Below are positions 8,230-17,436 of a DNA stretch of 32,000 nt, piece by piece. Below the pieces are notes generated by a model. That model was not told where the DNA came from, did no database searches, and saw nothing but the letters and a program-made list of their open reading frames with translations. The number at the start of each line of letters is the position of its first letter. Positions within the stretch are counted from its first letter, which is position 1. Both the position numbers and the translations under genes were made by a program. Origin of the DNA: Aliivibrio fischeri ES114 (GTDB lineage Bacteria; Pseudomonadota; Gammaproteobacteria; Enterobacterales; Vibrionaceae); assembly GCF_000011805.1 (NCBI RefSeq), contig NC_006840.2. One strand, written 5' to 3'.

Positions 8230-9483
8230 ATGAAATTAAAGGGGGTAGATAATAAAATATTGTCTAATATATTTTCATTACTTTCTGTTCAAGGGGCATT
8301 GTATATAATACCTCTGATTACGCTGCCTTATTTAGTTAGAACTCTTGGTGTCGAAAATTATGGGGTTTTTGGTTTTTCTCTTGCAATTGTGAGTTATATG
8401 TCATTAATTGTTGATTATGGTTTTAATATAACAGCAACAAAGACTGGAGCGGAGATAAGGTATGATAAGAATAAATTAAGTAAGTTGTTTTTTGAAATAC
8501 TTTATTCTAAATTGTTTATGTTTATAATCTGTTCTTTATCCTCAATACTCTTCTCATTTTTTGTTGAAAATAATATTTTTAATAAAGATATTATATTTGT
8601 ATTAATGTTTACGGTTTTTAGTCAAGTTATATTTCCTATATGGTTTTTTCAAGCAATAGAAGAACTTAAACTAGTTGCAACTCTTAATTTTATATCAAAA
8701 TCACTCTCCGTACCATTAATCTTTATATTAATAAATGATGAAAAAGATTTGATAAAGTTGGCGGTTATACATGCTATAACCACAATAATACCAGCTATCT
8801 ACAGTGTTTATTATATACATATAAGAAAGCTTGTGTTTTTTTATAAGCCAAGTCTTAATTCTATTGTTTCTCAAATTAAAAATGGATGGCATATCTTCTT
8901 ATCTGGGATATCTATTAGTTTTTATTCAACAATAGTAACAGTATTTTTAGGTATTTTTTCTGGGGCCACAGAAACTGGGTATTTTGTAGCTGCTGATAGA
9001 TTAAGAAAGGCTGTTCAAGGTATATCAGGACCTATATCTCAGTCATTCTATCCAAGAATTAATAGTTTAATTAATACCAATAAAAAATCAGCTATTAATT
9101 TAATAAAAGTTCTTTATAAAATTCAATTTATTGTGACATTTATATTGTCCAGTTTATTATTCATTTTCTCAGAAGAAATAGTAGAAGTTTTATATGGAAA
9201 TGGTTTTGTTCAAAGTATTGTTATCTTGAAAGTTTTGTCTTATGTTCCATTTTTTGTGTCAATGAGTAATGCAAGTGGAATATGCGTAATTGTGAGCTTT
9301 GGTTTTAATAGATTATTTTCTAAAATAATGATGTTTAGTGGAGGGGTGGGGGTTGCTCTAAGTTTTTTATTAATAAATAGCTATGGTGCAATTGGTTCAG
9401 GTTTGTCAATTTTAATTTCTGAATTTATTATAGCAATAATAATGATTTATTTTGTTATAAAATTAAAATTATTGAAGCAGTAA
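8230..9483 (+). CDS. wzx: Wzx-type polysaccharide flippase (MOP/PST family)
   Basis: 417 aa, very hydrophobic, with about 12 predicted TM segments. The N-terminal pattern (xxxNIFSLLSVQGALYIIPLITLPYLVRTLGVENYG) is typical of O-antigen flippases. It lies in the AT-rich serotype-specific block. Confidence 0.8.
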   Translation: MKLKGVDNKILSNIFSLLSVQGALYIIPLITLPYLVRTLGVENYGVFGFSLAIVSYMSLIVDYGFNITATKTGAEIRYDKNKLSKLFFEILYSKLFMFIICSLSSILFSFFVENNIFNKDIIFVLMFTVFSQVIFPIWFFQAIEELKLVATLNFISKSLSVPLIFILINDEKDLIKLAVIHAITTIIPAIYSVYYIHIRKLVFFYKPSLNSIVSQIKNGWHIFLSGISISFYSTIVTVFLGIFSGATETGYFVAADRLRKAVQGISGPISQSFYPRINSLINTNKKSAINLIKVLYKIQFIVTFILSSLLFIFSEEIVEVLYGNGFVQSIVILKVLSYVPFFVSMSNASGICVIVSFGFNRLFSKIMMFSGGVGVALSFLLINSYGAIGSGLSILISEFIIAIIMIYFVIKLKLLKQ

Positions 9484-9504
9484 TTTTTTACTATGGAGGT
9501 TAAT

Positions 9505-10824
9505 ATGGAGTGGTCTGATTTTTCTGATGATTATGATATGTTGTTTTGTGATAGTGCTGTGGCGAAATCTATTAAGCAAGATATATACGTTAATAAATTA
9601 TCCCGGATTAAATCTATAGTTAAAGTTTTATTTTTATTCTTCAGGAAAAATAAATGTATAGATTTTAAATACAATGGCATTAATAACCTGTATGTATTAG
9701 AGTCAATGACTCCTTCTAATTTTAAAACTATTAATCCGATTTTTGAGTTGGATAAGTCTTCAAAGTTAATTATTGTAACAACTCCTGTTTTTCAAAGAAT
9801 TGACAATGTTAGATATAGGGGGAATCTATTTAATATAGATGACTATACTTTTGTAAATATTGGTGATTTTATTAATTCCTTACATTTTTGTCGGAGGTTT
9901 AATAATAAATTTAGATTTGTAAATATATTTCAATTAATCTTCTTATATTTAAGGGCGTCTAGTTTAAATAATGTGTTAAATGAGCTCTTTTCAAATGTTA
10001 AGTGTAATAATATTATATTGACTAATGATACATTAGGCCTTTCTAATCTTATTGTACAAAATTCTAGAGTTTTTAATATAAAAAATTATGTATTACAGCA
10101 TGGTTTACCAACAAAATTTTATTTTCCTACGAGTGCCGATAACTATATCGTTTGGGGGAGGAGATTTGTTTCAGAATTTAAGAATAAAGGAGCAAGAAGC
10201 AAGCTATATTCATTAGGTTCTCCTAAAGTCGATGAAGTAATGAAATATTGTTTTTCTGATGCTAAATATAATGATTTTTTAAAAAGGTATAACATCTCTA
10301 ATAATAAAAAGATTTTCACATACTTTTCAAATTCTCATGCTCCTGAATTAGATAAAAAAGTCCATGAAATAAATATAAAACTGCTAAATGGTTTAATTTC
10401 TCATAAAGACTATCATGTATGTATTAAATTACATCCTTCTGAAAGCATGCAGTTTATTAAAGAGGTTTTACAACCTTATGATGGAAAATATACTATTATA
10501 GACCATGAAGATGATGTTTATGATCTAGTTAAATTTAGTTCGTATTGTGCATCAATTTATTCAACATTGCTAATTGAGTCAATGTGCCTTGGAACTTATA
10601 CATTTCAATTTAATGCGACTAAATCTCATAAGATTCCTGATTATTCTAATGGTGGTGGATGTGTTGAAATTAATTCTTTCGAACAATTAGAATTATCTTT
10701 GAATGCATCTAATAAAAATAAAATATTAAATCAACAATTAAAATATACCGAGAATTATTTTTCTAATCAAGGGACATCTTCGGAAAAAATATTGGAGCTT
10801 ATTCATGAAAGAAACTGTATCTAA
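9505..10824 (+). CDS. Uncharacterised GT-B-like 'QHG...KxHP' transferase (TagF / KpsS / sialyl- or Kdo-transferase-like)
   Basis: The start is probably the ATG at 9505 (ggagg at 9495-9499, 5-nt spacer) rather than 9493. The motif order is VLQHG, then SADNYIVWG, then LGSPKVD, then CIKLHPSE, then IYSTLLIES. This recalls PF04464-type glycerophosphotransferases and the HP-motif sialyl/beta-Kdo transferases. The assignment rests on remembered motifs only. Confidence 0.4.
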   Translation: MEWSDFSDDYDMLFCDSAVAKSIKQDIYVNKLSRIKSIVKVLFLFFRKNKCIDFKYNGINNLYVLESMTPSNFKTINPIFELDKSSKLIIVTTPVFQRIDNVRYRGNLFNIDDYTFVNIGDFINSLHFCRRFNNKFRFVNIFQLIFLYLRASSLNNVLNELFSNVKCNNIILTNDTLGLSNLIVQNSRVFNIKNYVLQHGLPTKFYFPTSADNYIVWGRRFVSEFKNKGARSKLYSLGSPKVDEVMKYCFSDAKYNDFLKRYNISNNKKIFTYFSNSHAPELDKKVHEINIKLLNGLISHKDYHVCIKLHPSESMQFIKEVLQPYDGKYTIIDHEDDVYDLVKFSSYCASIYSTLLIESMCLGTYTFQFNATKSHKIPDYSNGGGCVEINSFEQLELSLNASNKNKILNQQLKYTENYFSNQGTSSEKILELIHERNCI

Positions 10825-11437
10825 ATTTATTAAATTTTTAAATCTTCCATTTTCTAGAAAAATTCAAGTTTTAAGTTTTTTTTATAGACTTGTATTCTGC
10901 AGTGTTATTTATCGTCTCTTGTGTAAAAAGTTTGGTAGACGTTCAATTGTTAAAAAACCATTGATAATCACGTATGAAGATATTAGTTTTGGAGATGATG
11001 TTATAATTTGGGAAGATGCTAGAATTGAATCCGTACGTAGTTATTTTGAAAGTTCTTTTCAACCACATATAAAAATTAGCAATGGAGTATCTTTTCAACA
11101 ACGGTGCCATATAACAGCTGCGGGAGAATTAATTATTGGGGAGAATAGCATTATTAGTTATGATGTAATGATTACTGATATAGATCATGAATATGTAGAT
11201 GTATTAACACCTATAGGAAAGCAACCACTTAAAGTATCTCCAACTATAATTGGAGAGCAATGTTTTATCGGATGTGGTGTAAAGATTCAAGCTGGTACTC
11301 AATTAGGAAAACACTGTATTGTTGGAGCGAATTCAGTAGTAAGAGGTATATTTCCAGATTATAGTGTTATTGTTGGCTCTCCTGCAAAAATAGTTAAGAC
11401 ATATGACAAAAAATCTAATACTTGGATTAGGTGCTAA
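10805..11437 (+). CDS. Hexapeptide-repeat (LbH) O-acetyltransferase
   Basis: 210 aa. The N-terminal segment is hydrophobic. The C-terminal half has imperfect hexapeptide repeats (IGENSIISYDVMITD...IGEQCFIGCGVKIQAGTQLGKHCIVGANSVVRGIFPDYSVIVGSPAKIV), typical of WbbJ/LacA-type acetyltransferases. Confidence 0.8.
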   Translation: MKETVSKFIKFLNLPFSRKIQVLSFFYRLVFCSVIYRLLCKKFGRRSIVKKPLIITYEDISFGDDVIIWEDARIESVRSYFESSFQPHIKISNGVSFQQRCHITAAGELIIGENSIISYDVMITDIDHEYVDVLTPIGKQPLKVSPTIIGEQCFIGCGVKIQAGTQLGKHCIVGANSVVRGIFPDYSVIVGSPAKIVKTYDKKSNTWIRC

Positions 11438-11441
11438 GTGT

Positions 11442-12389
11442 ATGATAAAGAAAAAAAAGAGAATATTGTTAGTTATTCCTAAATTTTTTAACTATGAGAA
11501 GAATATAAAAAAACATTTTGAATTAATGGGATATGATGTTGATTTAATTATAGATGAAACACCATTTAGAACTATTTTATGCAATTATATACCATATATG
11601 AAATTATTTTTTGGATTTTATGTAGAAAATAAAATAAAGAAGTTAATAACTAAGAATGACTATACATCTTGTTTAGTTATTAAAGGATCATCATTGTCTT
11701 TGAAAGCATTGACAATTATTGAATCTCATATTAAAAATAGGTATTTATATCAATGGGATTCATTATCAAATTATCCATATCAAACGATGTTATTATACTT
11801 TAACCATGTTCTTACATTTGATATTTCTGATTCCAAGCATTTGAATTTAGAGTACTATCCATTATTTTCAATGATTGAGAATGATAGAAAAGAATTAAGT
11901 AGGAATATAGATATTTTATTTATTGGTTCTTTTCATAGTGATAGATATAAAGTATTAAAAGAGATATTATGCCAATATAAAGATTTAAATATATATTTTT
12001 ATCTGTATATACCATTTTTGTCTTATATAAAAAGAATTTTTAAAGGTGAGAAGATTTTATTATCTGATATTCGTTTCTTTAAAATAAAGCCTGAAAAATT
12101 AAGTTGTTTTTATAACAATTCAAAGTGTGTTCTTGATATCGAAGCTTATCATCAAACTGGCTTTACAATGCGAACATTAGAAGCTTTGTATTGTGGCTGT
12201 AAATTAATTACTACAAATGATAATATATATACCGCAGACTTTTTTGATAAAAAAATCATATCTGTTATTGATAGAAATGATGTTCTTTTAGATAAGAGTT
12301 TTATTTTTAATGATGAAAATGTCGAAGATAATAAGATTCTTCAAGTTAAAAATCTAAAGGAGTGGGTGGTGAGGTTTGCTGATGACTAA
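11442..12389 (+). CDS. Putative glycosyltransferase (CgeB-like / Glyco_trans_1_2-type C-terminal domain)
   Basis: The preferred start is the ATG at 11442 (MIKKKKRILLVIPKF), just after the acetyltransferase stop at 11437. The C-terminal ILFIGSFHSDRYKVL...GFTMRTLEALYCGCKLITTND resembles the RxFEAxxCG motif of that GT-B subfamily. This is a motif-level call only. Confidence 0.45.
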   Translation: MIKKKKRILLVIPKFFNYEKNIKKHFELMGYDVDLIIDETPFRTILCNYIPYMKLFFGFYVENKIKKLITKNDYTSCLVIKGSSLSLKALTIIESHIKNRYLYQWDSLSNYPYQTMLLYFNHVLTFDISDSKHLNLEYYPLFSMIENDRKELSRNIDILFIGSFHSDRYKVLKEILCQYKDLNIYFYLYIPFLSYIKRIFKGEKILLSDIRFFKIKPEKLSCFYNNSKCVLDIEAYHQTGFTMRTLEALYCGCKLITTNDNIYTADFFDKKIISVIDRNDVLLDKSFIFNDENVEDNKILQVKNLKEWVVRFADD

Positions 12390-13521
12390 TAATACATTAT
12401 CATTATCAAAGTTAATTGTTTTTTTACTTTTAATCTATTTTACCATTGCCCAGTTAGAGTTCTTCAACAAGTTTTTTTTGAAAAATATCGTTATAATTAT
12501 TATTAACTATTTAATATGTATGTATCTAATTGTGAATAATAAAGATGGTTATAATTTAAAATATATTTACATGCTACCATTTGTATTATTTTTTTCTTTT
12601 TTTACATTTTATAGTTTTGGTAATAATTTATTTGCAGATATTTATAGGGTTAATCTTTTTTGTTCATTTTTTCTTTGTGTCTTTTTTTTATCTAACAATA
12701 TAAACAGTGTGTTTTTTTTAAAAAAACATACAATAAATTTTTACTTTATAATATCATTACTCATAATTTTTGACATGTTTTTGTTTTTCATTACAGGGCG
12801 TGTTTTTTTATTCAATGTAATGATATATATAACTCCTAGATTTATAGGTCCTTTCTATGATCCTAATTTTTTGGGTTTTATATATGGGGCTTTATTTTTG
12901 ATTGTATATTTCGAAAGGACATATAATAAATTATATGGGATTACATTTCTAATTTGTACGATTCTTTCTGGAAGTTGGATTGTTATTGGATTATTGACCC
13001 TAATTCTCATTCAGGTAAGAGTTTTTTCTTTTAGGTATACATTTTTAAAACCAGTAATTTGTGTATTTGTTGTTATTTTATTTTGGTTTGTTTATGAGTA
13101 TTTATTAGATGACGTTTATTTTTTGTTTAAATATCTTGTTGGGAATCTAACGCACTTATCTGAACAATTAATAGATATAAAATTTAAGTCATTAGAGTAT
13201 AGGTTCGAAGTTACTAACATGGCTGTAAATTTGATAATAGATAACCCATTTGGGTACGGTTATAGAACAATTACTAAGTATTTGCCGCTAGATACTCATA
13301 ATTCTTATTTAGGTATTTCCTTTGAATATGGAATCGGGGCATTACTTCTTTTAATTATTCCTTTTTTTATGATGGGAATAAATCGCAGTGTAAATGTGGA
13401 TTCTTTAACATCGTTTATTTGTTTCATGGCTTTATTTTTAAATGTACATTATTTGCCAATATATCTATTTTTTGTGATTACTGTATATTTTCCATTTGGT
13501 GAAAAGAGGTTGTTGTATTAA
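12382..13521 (+). CDS. wzy: Wzy-type O-antigen/capsule repeat-unit polymerase (O-antigen ligase-like domain)
   Basis: About 380 aa and extremely hydrophobic and Phe/Leu/Ile-rich, with at least 10 TM segments. It has a periplasmic-loop motif LDTHNSYLGISFEYGIGALLL (the HNxYL signature of the Wzy_C family). The preferred ATG at 12382 overlaps the upstream stop by 8 nt, with ggtgagg upstream. Confidence 0.8.
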   Translation: MTNNTLSLSKLIVFLLLIYFTIAQLEFFNKFFLKNIVIIIINYLICMYLIVNNKDGYNLKYIYMLPFVLFFSFFTFYSFGNNLFADIYRVNLFCSFFLCVFFLSNNINSVFFLKKHTINFYFIISLLIIFDMFLFFITGRVFLFNVMIYITPRFIGPFYDPNFLGFIYGALFLIVYFERTYNKLYGITFLICTILSGSWIVIGLLTLILIQVRVFSFRYTFLKPVICVFVVILFWFVYEYLLDDVYFLFKYLVGNLTHLSEQLIDIKFKSLEYRFEVTNMAVNLIIDNPFGYGYRTITKYLPLDTHNSYLGISFEYGIGALLLLIIPFFMMGINRSVNVDSLTSFICFMALFLNVHYLPIYLFFVITVYFPFGEKRLLY

Positions 13522-14513
13522 TGAATAGTTATCCATTAATATCTGTAATAATGAGCGTATATAAAGAAGAGAGAGAATGGTTGGTTTCTTCAATCCAGTC
13601 TATTTTAGACCAAACCGTTTCTGATTTTGAATTTATTATCATATTAGATTTTCCTAATTCAGAGTTATTGAAAACATTGAAAGATTTTGAAAAAAAAGAT
13701 AGTAGAATAATTATTTATCAAAATGAGAAAAATGTTGGTCTTGTTGAATCTTTGAATACAGCTCTTTCTTTTTCAAGAGGGAAGTACATTGCTAGGATGG
13801 ATGCTGATGATATTTCTCATAAGAATAGGTTTGAAAAACAATTAAAATATATTACGCTTAATAATCTTGATCTTGTTGGTGGAAATGTAAATATATTCCA
13901 TAGTAATAAAGGAATATATAACACAACAGATAAAGTTCAGAGTGATTATTTTTTATGTAAGCTTTTAAAAATAGGTACTATAGGGATTGTCCATCCCACC
14001 TTTTTTTCTAAAAGAAACGTTTATGATACTATCGGAGGATATTACCATGCTGAATGTGCAGAAGATCTTGAGTTACTTATGAGAGCTAATTTAAACGGAT
14101 TTAAGATTGGGAATATTCCAGATGTTATTTTAGACTGTAGGTATTCAGAGAAGAGTATTACTAAAGAAAATGCGTATTTTATGTTTTGTACAGTAAAATA
14201 TTTAAAATCATTATACCGTTCTTCTTTAAAGTCAGGTGATTATAAGTTTAACTCTAATTATATTGAATTATATTTATATGATGAGAATAATAAGTTAGCA
14301 TTCTCCGAAAAACAAAATTTAATGTCAGAAGCTCGTCATTCATTCAATGAAAAGAAATATATTAGTTTTTTAATTAATTTAATTAAATCTATTCTTATAT
14401 CGAGAACTGTTTTTTTCTCAATAAAAGTTAATGTAATGTCATTTTTATTTAGGAAAGTAGAAGTTAAAATTCCAAAGGTATTATTAGCGTGTATAAAGAT
14501 AAAGTTGCAGTAA
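13521..14513 (+). CDS. Family-2 glycosyltransferase
   Basis: 330 aa: PLISVIMSVYKEE, LDQTxxDFEFIIILD and ARMDADDIS (DxD) are canonical GT-A/GT2 N-terminal features. The start overlaps the wzy stop (TAATG). Confidence 0.85.
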   Translation: MNSYPLISVIMSVYKEEREWLVSSIQSILDQTVSDFEFIIILDFPNSELLKTLKDFEKKDSRIIIYQNEKNVGLVESLNTALSFSRGKYIARMDADDISHKNRFEKQLKYITLNNLDLVGGNVNIFHSNKGIYNTTDKVQSDYFLCKLLKIGTIGIVHPTFFSKRNVYDTIGGYYHAECAEDLELLMRANLNGFKIGNIPDVILDCRYSEKSITKENAYFMFCTVKYLKSLYRSSLKSGDYKFNSNYIELYLYDENNKLAFSEKQNLMSEARHSFNEKKYISFLINLIKSILISRTVFFSIKVNVMSFLFRKVEVKIPKVLLACIKIKLQ

Positions 14514-15304
14514 TAATGTCAGTGTACAAATCTGATAATCCAATTGACTTTAATGTTGCAGTCAACAGTATAATAAGACAAACCTTAAAGTGTGATATAT
14601 TTATTTATCAGGACGGTCCAGTCTCAAGAGAGCTTAAATCTGCTATAAATAGATTTAGAAAATTTAACAATATATTTATTTTTGTTAGTGAAGAAAATAA
14701 AGGTTTGGCTTATGCATTAAATTATTTAATAGATAGTTGTTTATTAAATAATTATCAATATATTGCAAGAATGGATAGTGATGATATTTCACATAAAAAT
14801 AGAATGTCAATTCAAGTAAATTTTCTAGAAGATAACTCAGATATTCATGTTGTTGGTTCATATTGCAAAGAGTTTGGGGCTGACTGTTCTTTAGCTGAGA
14901 AAAAACTTCCAATAACCCATAATGATTTATTGAACTTTAGTATAACTCGATGTCCATTTATTCATCCATCTGTAATGTTTAGAACGTCTATATTTTATAA
15001 TGGTTTACGTTATCCAGTTAATACAAAATATACAGAGGATATGGCATTTTGGTTTATTCTGCTTGATTTAGGATATAAGTTCGAGAATATACCTGAAACA
15101 TTAATTGATTATAGAATGACCGAAAATACGGTACTTAGGAGGCGAGGATTCGATAAAGCATTGTCTGAGGTTTTTATTAGATTTAAGTACATGATTAAAT
15201 TTAAAAAAATAACAGTTAAAAATGTTTCCTTTATCATTGGTAGATTTGTTTTCCATTTACTACCTCCTAATGCAATCAAGTATCTTTATAAAAAAATGAG
15301 ATAA
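14489..15304 (+). CDS. Family-2 glycosyltransferase
   Basis: 271 aa: VAVIMSVYKSD, IRQTLKCDIFIYQDGP and ARMDSDDIS (DxD). It is a paralogue of the preceding GT2. The GTG start at 14489 keeps the first beta-strand; an alternative ATG lies at 14516. Confidence 0.85.
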   Translation: MYKDKVAVIMSVYKSDNPIDFNVAVNSIIRQTLKCDIFIYQDGPVSRELKSAINRFRKFNNIFIFVSEENKGLAYALNYLIDSCLLNNYQYIARMDSDDISHKNRMSIQVNFLEDNSDIHVVGSYCKEFGADCSLAEKKLPITHNDLLNFSITRCPFIHPSVMFRTSIFYNGLRYPVNTKYTEDMAFWFILLDLGYKFENIPETLIDYRMTENTVLRRRGFDKALSEVFIRFKYMIKFKKITVKNVSFIIGRFVFHLLPPNAIKYLYKKMR

Positions 15305-15316
15305 GTTGAGGTTTTT

Positions 15317-16114
15317 ATGTTTTTAATCGCAGGCCCATGTGTTATCGAATCTGAAGACTTAGTTTTAGATACTTTTGCACAGTTACAAGAAATGACAAAT
15401 AAACTTGGTATTGAATATATTGCCAAATCTTCTTTTACTAAAGCAAACCGTTCATCAGCTTCGGCTTTTACTGGTCCCGGTCTTGAAGAAGGGTTAAAGA
15501 TCCTTCAAAAAGCAAAAGATCAATTAGGGGTAAAAATCATTACTGATGTTCATGAAGATACGCCATTAGATGAAGTTGCATCTGTAGTTGATGTTTTACA
15601 AACCCCGGCCTTTCTTGTTCGTCAAACTGGCTTTATTCAACGAGTTGCCTCTATGGGTAAACCTGTAAATATTAAAAAAGGGCAATGGATGCATCCTGCA
15701 GATATGGCTCCTGTAGTTGAAAAGTGCCGTGCTGTTGGAAATGATGATATTTGGCTATGTGACCGTGGAACAAGCTTTGGTTTCGGTGCATTAGTTAACT
15801 ACATGCCCGGTTTAACTATTATGAAAGAAACGGGTTGTAAAGTGGTAATGGATGCAACTCATAGTGTTCAAATGCCAGGGATGCTAAATGGTTCTACTGG
15901 TGGTAATCGTCTGCATGTACCAGCTATTGCAAGAGCTGCTGTTGCTGTCGGTATTGATGGTCTATTTATGGAAACACATCCAGATCCGGATAAGGCATTA
16001 TGTGATGGTCCAAATATGTTACCACTTAAACACATGGAAGAACTATTAGAAACGTTACTTGAGATTGATGAAGTCGTTCATCGTAGAGCTTTTATTGAAT
16101 CTAAATTGGTTTAA
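15317..16114 (+). CDS. kdsA: 3-deoxy-D-manno-octulosonate-8-phosphate synthase, short metallo-type (Cys in AGPCxIES)
   Basis: 265 aa: LIAGPCVIES, KSSFxKANRSS, GPGLEEGLKIL, IITDVHE, LQTPAFLxRQT, NIKKGQ, DATHSVQMPG, FMETHPDPDKALCDGPNMLPL. No in-frame start exists upstream (stop at 15302-15304), so the short N-terminus is real. It resembles the Aquifex-type enzyme rather than the E. coli type (GGMNVLES). Confidence 0.92.
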   Translation: MFLIAGPCVIESEDLVLDTFAQLQEMTNKLGIEYIAKSSFTKANRSSASAFTGPGLEEGLKILQKAKDQLGVKIITDVHEDTPLDEVASVVDVLQTPAFLVRQTGFIQRVASMGKPVNIKKGQWMHPADMAPVVEKCRAVGNDDIWLCDRGTSFGFGALVNYMPGLTIMKETGCKVVMDATHSVQMPGMLNGSTGGNRLHVPAIARAAVAVGIDGLFMETHPDPDKALCDGPNMLPLKHMEELLETLLEIDEVVHRRAFIESKLV

Positions 16115-16116
16115 TT

Positions 16117-16680
16117 ATGTTGGATAAGCAGGTTTGTAAAAATATAAAAATGGTATTGCTTGATGTTGACGGTGTAATGACAGATGGCTCTATTTTTATT
16201 AATCATGATGGTGAGTTTTTTAAATCTTTTAATGTTAAAGATGGTTTAGCAATAGAGTTATTACGGAGTCATCATATTCTTGTTGGTGTTATTTCAGGTA
16301 AAGCAAGCGCTGCCTTGGATACTCGTTGTCAACAGCTCGGTTTTGATGAAATTATTACTGGTTGTAAAAATAAACTTCCTGCTTTAGTTAATATTTGCTC
16401 CAAATATAAAATATCAGCAGATCAAATTGCTTTTTTAGGTGACGATGTTTTAGATATTCCTATCTTTGAAAAGGTAGGTTTAGCTGTAGCACCAATTGAT
16501 GCACATAGTTTAGCTATTGATAGTGCTGATTGGGTATCGAGTTTAAAAGGTGGAGAAGGGATGGTAAGAGAGTTTGCTGATTTATTATTAACAATTCAGC
16601 TTAATTTACCATTAAAGGATGTTTATAAACCTTTACTCGATAAAATTCGTTTAGATGATGTTGCAACGATGGAGCAATGA
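16117..16680 (+). CDS. kdsC: Kdo-8-phosphate phosphatase (HAD superfamily)
   Basis: 187 aa: LLDVDGVMTDG (DxDG nucleophile motif), FNVKDGLAI, VISGK, LGDDVLDIPIFEKVGLAVAPIDAH. It is collinear with E. coli KdsC as I recall it. Confidence 0.88.
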   Translation: MLDKQVCKNIKMVLLDVDGVMTDGSIFINHDGEFFKSFNVKDGLAIELLRSHHILVGVISGKASAALDTRCQQLGFDEIITGCKNKLPALVNICSKYKISADQIAFLGDDVLDIPIFEKVGLAVAPIDAHSLAIDSADWVSSLKGGEGMVREFADLLLTIQLNLPLKDVYKPLLDKIRLDDVATMEQ

Positions 16681-16683
16681 ATC

Positions 16684-17436
16684 ATGAATGTGAAAGTTGT
16701 AATTCCTGCTCGTTATGGCTCATCTAGGCTACCAGGAAAACCCTTATTAACTTTACTTGATAAACCAGTTATTTGGCATGTGATTGAGCGCTGTAAAGAG
16801 GCCGGTATTGAGCAAAATGATATTTTCGTTGCTACTGACGATCAACGTATTATTGATGCGTTAAGAGATGAAAGTATTCAAGTGGTGTTAACTTCATCAG
16901 AGCATCAATCTGGCACAGATCGGATAAATGAAGTCGCTCAGATAAAAGGTTGGGATGAGGATACAATTATTGTGAATGTGCAGGGTGATGAGCCAATGAT
17001 CCCCTATAGATTAATTCAACGAATAGTATCTTTTACGCAATTAAACCCTTCGTACCACATAACAACAGCGGTTGTTCCTTTAGTTTCCCAAGATGACTTT
17101 GTTAACCCTAATGTAGTTAAAGCCATTATAGGTTATAACGGCAGAGCACTTTATTTCACTCGTTCGCCATCTCCATTGAACCGTGATAATTCAAGTGATT
17201 TGTCATTAGCTAAAAGACATATTGGTATTTATGCTTACCGTGCTTCTGCACTAAAACAGTTTTGTTCCTATTCAGAAGATGAGCTTGAGCAGTATGAAAA
17301 ATTGGAACAATTACGCGCACTGAGTCATGGGATGAGTATCGGTGCTACGATATTCGATGGTTTTGTTCCTCATGGAATTGACACTATTGATGATTACGAA
17401 AATATAAAAAAAATAATGGAAGAGAATATCTTATAA
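16684..17436 (+). CDS. kdsB: CMP-Kdo synthetase (3-deoxy-manno-octulosonate cytidylyltransferase)
   Basis: 250 aa: VVIPARYGSSRLPGKPL, ATDDxRI, SGTDR, VNVQGDEPMI, LEQLRAL. These are KdsB/KpsU signatures. Confidence 0.92.
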   Translation: MNVKVVIPARYGSSRLPGKPLLTLLDKPVIWHVIERCKEAGIEQNDIFVATDDQRIIDALRDESIQVVLTSSEHQSGTDRINEVAQIKGWDEDTIIVNVQGDEPMIPYRLIQRIVSFTQLNPSYHITTAVVPLVSQDDFVNPNVVKAIIGYNGRALYFTRSPSPLNRDNSSDLSLAKRHIGIYAYRASALKQFCSYSEDELEQYEKLEQLRALSHGMSIGATIFDGFVPHGIDTIDDYENIKKIMEENIL

